DNA of 64,000 bases, taken from positions 1,372,374-1,436,373 of the forward strand of contig NW_003314272.1 of the NCBI RefSeq assembly GCF_000143415.4, written 5' to 3'. This DNA is from Selaginella moellendorffii. Taxonomy: Eukaryota > Plantae > Lycopodiophyta. Position 1 is the first letter of the stretch; each line of letters starts with the position of its first letter. Shown one piece after another: positions 36,101 through 47,529 of the stretch. The translations under genes were made by a program, and so were the position numbers. Below the pieces are notes generated by a model, which was not told where the DNA came from, searched no databases, and saw nothing but the letters and a program-made list of their open reading frames with translations.

Positions 36101-38473
36101 ATCGCAACATAAGCAACTTATCCCCCGTAAGGGGCTATCCGACTTCCCTATGCTAGAAGTCTTGGGTAGCTACCTTCTACCCGTTTAACCAGTTATTTTG
36201 CACCTCTTGCTTAGTTGCCTCATAGTTGTCAAGTCCTACAACTCATTGCTTGGTGCTTTCACACCTCCATCATTATCTGGGTCACCACACTCCAACTGCA
36301 TGCTCTGCAGCTTAGGCTATGCCATTCCCATTCCAATTGGGATTCCTTTGGCAAGGGGTTCTCATGAACCCACCAACATAGCCTCAAGGTATCACACCTT
36401 GGCACATTTGGTGTCTCCACACCATCAGCTCCACGAGCCTACCTCTATGACACTTCCCCTTCGTGTTTAAGTCTTTGCCAAGACCAACACCGCTCTTTCT
36501 CATGCTAACCATCCGTTAGCACTACACCATAGAGGTCACACACAACTTTGTGTCAAAGTTGTTTTCTTCTGGGAACACCTTTCCCATAACTTTAGCATGG
36601 CATATTTTGCCATCGATGAGATACCCTCCGTTCTCATCCTTGGATCCTATGATCCCCCCCCATCCTTTGTGGGGTACAACACACCTCAGTCCAAATGCTT
36701 CCATCAGTCCTTTTAGGACCATCCGTTGACTCTACTTGAGTCATCCAGCAGTTTTGGACTTGGTTAATCCACAGACCCGTAAGGTCCTACTTGTGAGGCA
36801 CTAGCTCACTGGAATACACTTCTTGCATTCCTGTCCTACTCAAAAGGACTATTTTCACAAGTGTTACTCCAACACTTGATTTTGTTCTCTGGGGGCAACC
36901 TTTGCCCCTTAGGACTACTTGTCCATGTGATGAGAACACCAACTCATCCACTTAATACACCCCCAACTCCTTGGGTTGTTCCAGCATTTATTAGAGGTAG
37001 CCTCGGCTACCTTTTCAAGGACTTGAGTCCTCTTCCGTATTTGACCTCCCACGGTCATTACTTCTGGTCTCACATTCATGAGCACCAACCTCAACTATAT
37101 GAGGAAAATCTTGTGACTCCTTTATTGCTTTGGAGTCTTTATCTTTCCCGTGATCCCAACTGTAATTGTTTACCACAACTACATTAGCCAATTTGCTAAG
37201 TCAAACGCTCATCTGGATCACATCCTCAACTCTTTGAGGAAAACCATATACTGTTCCCAAGATCCCAAAGTCGTTCCATTATTGGCCCCTTTTCTATCCA
37301 CCACCTTGTCTACAAGTTCACACATGAGCTGTAATGGAGAGCCATGTCTTCCCGACTTGCTACTCCTCAAGGATAGGCCCACTCCTCGGACCTTCCGATG
37401 CCAACACTAGTGGTGATATACTTGAGCACCAATAAAAGTCGGACTAAGGAACAGCTCCGATACCAAATTGTAAGCGACTAAATTTTCCATTCTACTTTAG
37501 TCACTTAACCACACCTCCGACCACTTGGAGGAGTCTCATTCACAACCTCCATCAATCCAATTCAGGACTTGGGACTTGCTAGCCCCAAGAATGGCATCCA
37601 TGCCACTCCACACTTGCACCTGGTCCAAGTGCTCCACGTGTCCGGTCCTGAGACCGACACCCCAAAGGTACCACTGACATCTCGGCCCGTTACGCTAAGG
37701 CCATGCCCATTCACCTTTGCTGCACTAGTGGTTCAACACCACTTGCATCACCACCTCGTCTCTCCAAGACTGGGCCATGTGTCCACGAGGGGTCATCCTG
37801 GATCCACTCCTTAGCATCCTTAGGATGCCCACAGACCTGGGGAATTGCCTTCCCCAAAGTCCCTTTGTCAGTTCCTACCAAGTCCCTTTCTGCCCCTGGC
37901 CGTGTTTGCCAACACTGCCACTGGATCGAGGCCCACAGGCCCGACCCCTAAGTCCCACGGTCCTCTGGGACTTCCTCACCACATGACTGTGTCCTTGGTC
38001 ACTACCCCAGAGGACTGCTCCTCTTCCTTTCCACAGTCTGGGCCTTTGGGACAACATTTCGGAACACCGTGGCCTTACGCGAGCCACCTGGGTACTCTCC
38101 CCACCTATCGCCTTTAGGTGCTCTAGCCATGGGCTTAGAGCGAGGTTCCGTTGAGCCACGCCTGGTATCCAAGTAGGTAGTGCCACCCACACTTGGACTG
38201 GGAGCATCGGCCAGTCGATCTCCCGGGGGAACTAGAGCCGGCTCTTGAACACTTCACCAAGCTACCCCGCTTGTCGGTCTGTGTTCACTCTAGTCTTGGA
38301 CTTCCCAGTGGGCAGCTCATCACCCAACACTGGGTCTGGCCTTCCTGGGCCAAACTGGCCTTTCCTGGCCAAACTGGCTCCACTGCAGTCCTCCCCCTTA
38401 CTATACTTTTGGAGCTCACCAAACCCCCCAGGGTCTGGGAGACGAACGCTTTGGGCTTTCACCCTCTCAGGCT

Positions 38474-38603
38474 CCGGACTCGGACTCGGACTCGGACTCG
38501 GACTCGGACTCGGACTCGGACTCGGACTCGGACTCGGACTCGGACTCGGACTCGGGCTCGGGCTTGGTCTCGGCCTCGGCCTCGGTCTCGGTCTCGGTCC
38601 CGA

Positions 38604-38635
<32 letters not shown>

Positions 38636-39089
38636 CCGGTCTCGGTCTCGACTTCGGACTCCATCTCGGACTCCATCTCGGACTCTATCTCGGGTCCATC
38701 TCGGGTCCATCTCGGACTCCATCTCGGACTCCATCTCGGGTCCATCTCGGACTCCATCTCGGACTCCATTTCGGGTCCATCTCGGGTCCACCTCGGACTC
38801 CATCTCGGACTCCATCTCGGACTCCATCTCGGGTCCATCTCGGACTCCACCTCGGACTCCAACTCGGGTCCATCTCGGGTCCACCTCGGACTCCACTTCG
38901 GACTCCATCTCGGGTCCATCTCGGGTCCACCTCGGACTCCACTTCGGACTCCATCTCGGACTCCATCTCGGGTCCATCTCAGACTCCACTTCGGACTTCA
39001 ACTTGGGTCCATCTCGGACTCCACTTCGGACTCCAACTCGGGTCCATCTCGGACTCCACTTTGGACTCCAACTCGAGTCCATCTCGGAC
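38474..39089. repeat. Same minisatellite inside the 5' LTR, 30 bp longer
   Basis: The LTR-to-LTR offset changes from 5874 to 5904 across the hexamer run. Confidence 0.95.
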
Positions 39090-39321
39090 ACTCCCACATG
39101 TCATGTGTTGGTCCTTTTGGGTCCCTTTTTGGAGCCTCGCTTTTTGCTCGCTTCGTGCTCGTTCCTCGAGCCCTTCTTTGGGAGTTCCACTCCCGCTCTT
39201 GACTTTTCAAGTCGGAGCTTTTGGTCCAAACGTGTTACGCTCGTTTGGCTCTCGCTTCAGCCACTACCACGTGGCACCCTTTCCGGCTCCACTTTGGGGC
39301 CTAGGGATTTTGTGTCTCACA

Positions 39322-39935
39322 GCAGCGAGAAGTGGAAGAGGCGACGTCTCATAACGTTGTGCCAAGTGAAGAGCATCATCAAGGGTGGCAGGAGCAAGTG
39401 CATGCACAAGTCCGACAAGATCTTGACGAAGTGCTGGCCACAAGATTCCTAGCTTGATCCGCTCCGACATATTTGGCTCCGCACGAAGCAAAAGACTTCG
39501 GAAACGAATGCCAAATTGCATCACCGACTCAAATGGCCCTTGGCGAAGACGATGCAATTGTTGGAAAGCATCATCACAATCATCGGCATGTCCGAAGGCG
39601 CGTTTGAAGACGTCTAGGAGAACACTCCAATCCCCACGAATGGCTGCGCTTAAACCATTGTACCATTGCAACGCCGTCCCTTGGAGACACGTGGGAAACT
39701 CACGCAACCGTCGAGCATCATCCCAAGAATGATATGTGGCAATCACCGTGAAGTGATCAAACCAATGGTATACATCATCCCCAGGATTCCCACGAAAGAA
39801 CTCCGGCCGAACGCGAGGATTGGCACCAAGAGCAGGAGGAGTTGGACCACGTGCCATGAATGCCACCATCAATTGAGTTTGGTTGTTCAATTGCAAACAC
39901 ATAGCATCAAGCAATTGGACCAATTGCTGCTCACA
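39322..39935 (-). pseudogene. G1 gag, 5' part (start deleted)
   Basis: RPEFFRGNPGDDVYHWFDHF..LRQGPFESV; homologous to G2 gag and continues at 31594-31301. Confidence 0.85.
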
Positions 39936-40735
39936 ATGCAAAAAGTTAGATCTAAACCAAAATCCTGAAAGGAAAGAACAAAAAGAAGGAAATGGAAAAA
40001 ATTAGATCTAGACAATGCAAAAGCTAGATCTAAACCAAAATCCCAAATCTAAGCACTCCTCAAGGACAATCCCCTCGACTCCACCAATGTGAGTGCTTGG
40101 AATATGGAAAGGGAATATAGAAATGTGCATATCAATTAGCCCAAAAACCTTAGCTTATATATAAGAGCGAGTGGTCCAGATTGAAACCAATTCGACGGCT
40201 ACCAAAATCCCACTACACTAATATTAATATACGGCATCGTAACCGTACACTTGGCCCTCTCATTTATTTTAATTTTACCATAAATACGTTTAAAAGAATA
40301 AAAGCTATAAATACCTTTCTTGTTTTTAGGAATTTATAATATAAGATAAAAAAAAGTTTCATAGGAGTTGGGTGAATATTATTACTAAATAATTTGAATA
40401 GCTATACTAAAAACAATTAAACCTAAATATTGTAATTGTGGTTGGAAATAAAACTAAAATTTTAACAACTGAAATGAAAATTGAATTGTGTTTTTTGAGA
40501 ATATTGCTAGAAAAACAAATAGTTCGTTCTGTGAGTGCATGGAATATGGAAAGGGAATACAGAAATGTGCATATCAATTAGCCCAAAAACCTTAGCTTAT
40601 ATACAGGAGCGAGTGGTGCGGATTGAAACCAATCTGACGGCTACCAAAATCCACTACGCTAATATTAGTATATGGCATCGTAGCCATACACTTGGCCCTC
40701 ACATCATCCCCTCCTCTCGGAATAATGGAAGGCCG

Positions 40736-43700
40736 TCAGGGTTCTCTTGTAGATGGGTCGGGATTTGGAGGAACGTCAGGAGGAGGCATTGGTGGATCTG
40801 TAGACGGTATTAACTGCTCCTGATCCCTTTGTATGAAGCGTTTTAACCGCTGCATATGCACAATCTCCGAAGGATCGGTCTGCTGAACGTCATGCCGAAC
40901 CTCATAAAGTTGTGGTCCAACTTGCCACAACACCCGATACGGTCCTTTCCACTGCGCAAGGAGCCCCTTAGATAAACCACGTACCGTAAGATGGGGAAAA
41001 CGGACTAACACTAAATCATCCACTTTGTACTCCGCTGGTGGACAATGATGGGAATTGTAGCGCCGTTGTTGTCCCACTTGTACGCGGCCTAAGTGTTCAG
41101 CAGACTCTGCTCGGACAAGTGGAAGAATGCTTGTCAAATATTAATCCCATGACCTAGCATCAGGAGCTCGTGGCAATCGCAAAGGTAAACCCAGCTCTGT
41201 TGGTAATATTGGATCATGACCATATAGGAGTTTATATGGTGAAGCACCAACAGAACTCTGCACCCCTGTAACATATGCATACCGAAGAGACGGCAAATAA
41301 CCATCCCAATCCGAATGCTGAAAGTTCACATACTTCGCAATCATCCCTTTGAATGTCCGAACGAGTCGTTCCACCAGACCGTCTGATTGTGGATGATAAG
41401 CACTCGTGAAAGTGTGGCATATCCCCAACCGAGACGTCAAAACATGAAATGCCTCAGCCATAAATGCAGGACCATTATCCGAAAGAATCCGCTCTGGACA
41501 AGAATGCTGGAACACTACTCGATTGAGGAGGAAGTATCCAACAGCAGTTGCCGAGGCGCTAGCAAGAGCACAAACTTCCACCCAATGAGTCAAGTAGTCA
41601 GAAGCAATAATAACATACTCATTGCCAGCAGTCGACCGTGGAAAAGGTCCCATAAGATCAAATGCCACCAACTCAAACGGACGGGAAACTGCAATTGACT
41701 CCAACCGTCCTTCCGTAGCACGAGGGGGAGTATTACGAGCTTGGCACCAAACGCAGCTACGCACATACCGAATAATATCACGTCGCATCTCCGGCCAATA
41801 GAAAGACCTGTGCAATTTCTCGGTGACACGACGGTGTCCCATATGCCCACCTAGAATAGGAGAATCATGGTAGGCATGGAGAAACCGCGGAATAAACACC
41901 AAAGGCACCACCAGCCGTAAATGAGCATCAGGATCCGTCCCCACAAAATAAAGAAGGCCATCTTCAAAGCGATATTGAGAATGTAAATGCCGAAAAGGCA
42001 AGTCATCAGCAAGTGATGCAGGATTCTCAAACCCATCTCAAAGCCTTCGAATCCATGGCTCAATCTTTTGAGCCTCGCGAACCTCATCCAGAGAAGGTAG
42101 ATCTTGCTCTACGCCCTGTGGACACTGAACGTCAAGGACAGCAACCGCCGACGGCACAGAATCCTCATCTAGAAAATCCACAGATGCTGGAACAACAGGT
42201 TCATCAGAAACATGAGAAGTGAGTGGAGAAGGAAGAGGAGCTCGAGAAAGGGCATCAGCATCAGCCATAGAATTCCCTGGGGGATGAACAACATCGAAAT
42301 CATATATCTGAAGCTTCAAAGCCCATCGAGCCGTACAACCAACCAGGTTCTTCCGCTTCAATAATGAAGTAACAGCAGCATGGTCACCTTCAAGTAACGT
42401 CCGAGAACCATGTAGATAGGCATGAAGTTTCTCGAAACCCCAGACTGCTGCTAAACACTCCTTCTCCGTCGTGGAGTAGTTCATCTCCGCTGGTTGTAAT
42501 GTACAGCTTATGTATGCAATGGGATGGCGCTGACCAGGCACACTCGAGCTCTCTTGCATCAACACACCTCCAAGACCAATGTCAGAAGCATCCACGCGCA
42601 AAATAAAAGGTCGAGTGTAGTCAGGATATGCCAAAACCGGAGGAGTCGTCAATAGCTCTTTGAGATTCACGAACGCCCGCTCACAATCGGGAGACCAAAT
42701 GAAAGATGACGTTGATGACTTCAGCAATGCTCGCAATGGTATAGTGCGATCAGAAAGATGATTCACAAAACGACCGAGATACTGCACCTTACCCAAAAAA
42801 TGCTGCACATCATTCACACACTTCGGAGTAAGGAACTTTAGAACAGCCACAAGTTTGTCAGGATCAACTTGCAAAGCCTCACGAGAAATACGGTACCCAA
42901 GATAAGTTGTGTCCTTGGACCCAAACACGCACTTCGACCGCTTCAGCTTTAAACCAACGTCGCGTAGCCGATCCAACACTTTACAAACATCACGAACATG
43001 CTCCTCCCACGTCCCCTCCGAGTGGATCAAGACATCATCAATGAAGTCAGCCGTCACCTCCGGCATATCGCAAAGAACCTTGTCCATCATCCGCTGAAAA
43101 GTTGCTGGAGCATTGTTCAAACCAAACGGCATCACCAAAAACTTGTACAAACCAAATGGTGTACGAAAAGCAGTCTTAGGAATATCGTCTTCAGCCATCG
43201 GTACTTGCCAATACCCAGAAGCAAGATCTAGCTTGGTGAACCAACGACTTCGCCCCAGACGATCCAAGAGATCAGCAGTGTGAGGAAGAGGGTACACGTC
43301 CGGGATCGTCACTTCATTTAACGGACGATAGTCGATGCAGAAACGAATACTCCCATTAGGCTTCGTCACAAGATGAGGTTCACATGCCTAAGGACTCCGT
43401 GACTTCCGAATAACACCCTTCTCCAACATCTCCTTGACGTTTGCACGTAAAATCTTGATCTCCTTGGGTGACCGACGACGAACAGGAACCTTGATTGGAC
43501 GAGCATCCCCGGTTGGAATGGGATGACGTGTGGCAATCTTGGCCCCAGACGATAGGTCAAATTCAAAGAGATCAGAATACTCCTTCATGAGCTGGTCAAC
43601 AGCTGCAACACAAAGATCATCGGAGGGATCGGAAAAGGGAAGAGCAGAACAAGATGGAAACACAAGAGGAAATAATGGGGGAACAAAAGTAATGGAAGCA

Positions 43701-45132
43701 GAGGTAGAAGTAGAGGGACGAAGAGGTATGGAAGTGAGAGGAATGGATGAAACATAAGGAAGTATGAGACAAGGGGGAAAAGCCTCAAAGTCACACTTGG
43801 CATGATTGTGCTGCAACCAATCCATACCAAGAATGAGGTCAAAAGCTTGACTCGGCACCACCCGCAATGATTGCAACTCAAGCTCGAGATCGCCCACACG
43901 CACAACCAGGTCCGCCTCATCTCGTGCACATGCATGTGTACGGCCGTTGCCATAAAGAATGAAAACTGGATCCGCCGCACGACGCAAGTGTAGACGACAA
44001 CGTGTGGCAACAGGTCAAGCAATAGAAGATAAACTCGAACCTATATCAACCAACACAGAGAGAAGAATAGGAGACCTCTTGTTATAAAAACGAGCTTGGA
44101 AAGTAAACACTGGATGAACCGGTGCCGAGTGAACCCCTTGATGATACTCCCGAAAGAAAGATGGAGGGGTCACTAACTTATTCACGCAAGGTCCCTCCAT
44201 TACTCGCGTGACTCCTCGTTTCCCGAATGCACCTCGGTATCCAAACCTTCCACCGCAGCAGCACCAACGGGACGCTGCTGACGCCAAGGTCTCCACCCAG
44301 GAAATGGAGGTCGCCAATCCGGAAAGCGCCGACAACGCCGATAAGTATGACCAACTTCATCACACGCCCAGCAACGAACGTCACGGCCACGACCACGTCC
44401 TCGCACTTGTCCTTGGACTCGAGTAGCAGCAGCATCAACCTCCATGGGAACAAGACCATCACTTATAGGAAGTGGAGCTGAAGGACATGTAGCAAGAAGT
44501 GGAAGAGGCAACGTCTCATAACGTTGTGCCAAGCGAAGAGCATCGTCAAGAGTGGCAGGAGCAAGTGCATGCACAAGTCCGACAAGATCTTGACGAAGTG
44601 CTGGCCACAACATTCCTAGCTTGATCCGCTCCGACATATTTGGCTCCGCACGAAGCAAAAGACTTCGGAAACGAACGCCAAATTGCATCACCGACTCAGA
44701 TGGCCCTTGGCGAAGACGATGCAATTGTTGAAAGGCATCATCACAATCTTCGGCGTGTCCGAAGGCGCGTTTGAAGACGTCCGGAAGAACACTCCAATCG
44801 CCACGAGTAGCTACGCTCAATCCATTGTACCACTACAATGCCGTCCCTTGAAGGCATGTGGGGAACTCACACAAACGTCGAGCATCATCCCAAGAATGAT
44901 ATGTGGCAATCACCATGAAGTGATCGAACCAATGGTACACATCATCCCCAGGATTCCCACGAAAGAACTCCGGCCGAACGCGAGGATTGGCACCAAAAGC
45001 AGGAGGAGTTGTACCATGTGCCGTGAACGCCACCATCAACTGAGTTTGGTTGTTCAATTGCAAGCGCATAGCATCAAGCAATTGAACCAACTGCTGCTCT
45101 AGAGTCAAAGGAGGAGATTGCGGATCGGCCAT
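40736..45132 (-). pseudogene. G2 gag (45132-44200) and pol (44224-40736) with nonsense and frameshift lesions
   Basis: ORF pieces 44833-45132, 44200-44820, 43388-43987, 42038-43369, 41141-42001 and 40736-41137. Confidence 0.93.
44161..44224 (-). promoter_or_regulatory. Predicted -1 ribosomal frameshift signal, G2
   Basis: GGGAAAC at 44218-44224, 6-nt spacer, stems TCACGCGAG/CTTGCGTGA and ATGGAGGG/CCCTCCAT. Confidence 0.82.
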
Positions 45133-45348
45133 GAAAATGAATGAGAAAGAAAGAGCAAAAGAAGAGAAATGACAAAAAGCTAGAAAGAAATGGTAGATCT
45201 AGACAATGCAAAAAGCTAGATCTAAACCAAAATCCTGAAAGGAAAGAACAAAAGAAAGGAAATGGAAAAAACTAGATCTAGACAATGCAAAAGCTAGATC
45301 TAAACCGAAATCCCAAATCCAAGCACTCCCCAGGGACAATCAAAAGTG

Positions 45349-45364
45349 CCCCTCATCTCCACCA
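45349..45364 (-). promoter_or_regulatory. Primer binding site, probably tRNA-Ala
   Basis: TGGTGGAGATG..GGGG, complementary to the ..CAUCUCCACCA 3' end of plant tRNA-Ala. Confidence 0.7.
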
Positions 45365-45684
45365 ATGTGAGTGCATGGAATATGGAAAGGGAATACAGAA
45401 ATGTGCATATCAATTAGCCCAAAAACCCTAGCTTATATACAGGAGCGAGTGGTTCGGATTGAAACCAATCCGACGGCTACCAAAATCCACTACGCTAATA
45501 TTAGTATACGGCATCGTAGCCGTACACTTGGCCCTCACAGTTCTAAATTATTTTTGATAATTTTTTGTATTTATATACTTAAATATTCTAAAAATCTTCC
45601 AAATTAGCATCATCCTTAAAACTTTTTCTTCCTTTCTGATGGAGTGAATGGTTTTTCCCTCTTTTTTTCTGTGTAGGGAAGTTT

Positions 45685-46464
45685 ATGGCAAGCTTGTCTC
45701 AAATTCTGTGCTTGAGAGCCATTACCCAAGTTGCAAGGAGCAGCACCTCCACCAATTGAGGGGACAAAAGCTGCTGATATTCTGCTTGAAGTTGCTAAGG
45801 GAAGCTATATCTTGAGTGAAAAAAGAGAAGCAAAAGCATCCTAGCTATGCCATGTTTGAGGAGGTGATGTCGAGCTTTCGGAGTCTCATGGATCCCCCAC
45901 TACTCGCTATATGATTTGTTTAACATTTCTGGATTCTTTAGTGGAGGAGGCCTCTTTGTGATCTGCCAAATCCATCCCAAGTCTCGAGAAATATCAGTTG
46001 CTCTGGAGAGGGACAGTTTTCTTGAATCTCCAGATGTTGTAGCATTTGTCAACGCAGTGGCTGATCATGTTCTCTTCTCCTTCCGACACGAAATGAAAAT
46101 CAAGTGCTTCCACAACTATCTCTGTGTCATCTTTTGCCACAGCCCAAATAATGCAAGCTTTCAAGAGGCTGTCGACAAAGTATGCAAAATGATCCAGGAG
46201 ACCGAAGCCAAGATCCTTTAACTCCAAAAGAAGCTGATGAAGATGGGCGAGGAAACTGGCCTGGTGGACTATGCAACATGGTATCCTTGTTTTACATCTG
46301 GACACCTCTGCTGGGTGTATGTCACAGGACGCTACCATGGGCTTGACAATCCGCTGCTGAACGGTGAACCATTCCATGGGACTTGGTTTCTACATCCAGA
46401 AGCCACCTTCATTCTACCATTCGGATCCAAATGTGGATTTATTAAAACCAATTATTTGATGTGA
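45685..46464 (+). pseudogene. MTPSL relic, copy B
   Basis: ATG retained (MASLSQILCLRA) and GHLCWVYVTGRYHG present; DDxxE and NSE segments deleted, with frameshifts and a stop. Confidence 0.82.
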
Positions 46465-47529
46465 ATCGTTTTAATGTTATAATAAACAAGAATGTGTGTG
46501 TATGTAGGATTAAATCACTTGTAATATTCTTTCATAACTTTTCGAGTATATTAGTTCACTTTAGTGGATCAGTATTAACACCTTATCCCAACCGATGATC
46601 TCCACGTTTCCAATGCTCTCAACTTTCATAAAAGTCTTGGTGGTCAACGCTGGAAAGATCTCGTCACTTCCGCTGGCATAAGTTGTCGGCCATAGATGTG
46701 GAACTGCCATGTTTGTAGGTGCTGGAGCTGCTGAAACAGCTCGGTAGATCACAGATGTCTGCTTGGAAATATTTGATCGGGTGAGCCTTTTTTTGGTTTT
46801 TCAACTTTGGTGAGTCAGATCATTGGATCCCGCCCATATCAGAAAAAGTAGAAACAAAGAAATGGAAATGAATATGTTTGTTCAGCAGTAGTGGTTGTCC
46901 CTTTGCTTCGATAGCATGGGCTCTCCTGAGAACGTTGGGAAGGCTTGCTCGAGCCAATGCGCTCCAGGCATGGGATACCACGTTATCGGGGAGAGCTTGA
47001 GAGTGTATAGAGTCATCACATTTTCTGGCGATTTAATATACTAGCCCAGCACTATTAGGCTTTCTGATATCATCGTGCTCAAGCTCTCGGGTAACAGCCA
47101 TCTGGAGCCATGGCAAACATCTACTCGAGCGTCGAGAGGCTGGTGGCCAAGGAGCTGCTCACGAATCTACGGCTCCACCGTCTTCCACTGGTGATGCAAC
47201 AACTCAAAATGTTAAAGGTGGATCGGGAGCCACGAGCTACTTTCGCGATGGAAGGCGATGAAAGTTGAGAACATCGGCGACCTCGGCAATGAAAAGATTG
47301 CTATCAGTCCGGCTCGGGTAAGTGGGTTTCGAAGAATGTTCTCATAGGCCGATCTCGTGATCACTTTCATTTTGTGTTTTCATCGTTTAGTTAGAACTTT
47401 GGCACTGAGCGAATCGGAAGTACTACAAATTTGAAAACGTAATCTAGCTTACAGCTAGCACATATATCATAGGCTCTTGGCTGTGGCTCTGAATCTCGCC
47501 GCTATATGACTATATGACGACGAGCAGCT

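Larger units (their letters stand above)
31595..39321 (-). mobile_element. Non-autonomous (LARD-like) LTR element nested in G1 gag; LTRs 31595-33417 and 37469-39321
   Basis: TG..CA LTRs of 1823 and 1853 bp, almost identical; 5-bp TSD GCAGC (31590-31594, 39322-39326); PBS TGGTATCGGAGC at 37454-37465; ~4-kb interior without long ORFs. Confidence 0.93.
27630..40262 (-). mobile_element. Ty3/gypsy LTR retrotransposon G1, degenerate and interrupted by a nested element; LTRs 27630-27804 and 40088-40262
   Basis: 175-bp TG..CA LTRs (about 13 differences), PPT AGAGGAGGGGATGA next to 27804, PBS TGGTGGAG at 40079-40086, gag-PR-RT-RH-INT order with in-frame stops; no clean TSD. Confidence 0.93.
40530..45539 (-). 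mobile_element. Ty3/gypsy LTR retrotransposon G2, full length (5010 bp), same family as G1; LTRs 40530-40703 and 45366-45539
   Basis: 174-bp LTRs with 5 differences, 4-bp TSD GTTC, PBS, PPT, gag with CWACDEVGHTYRRC knuckle, pol with several stops. Confidence 0.96.

Noticed and set aside
46561-47330. Short ORFs between MTPSL and PPR (also 18944-19135)
   Set aside because: No recognisable family, short, and disrupted in unit C, so left unannotated.
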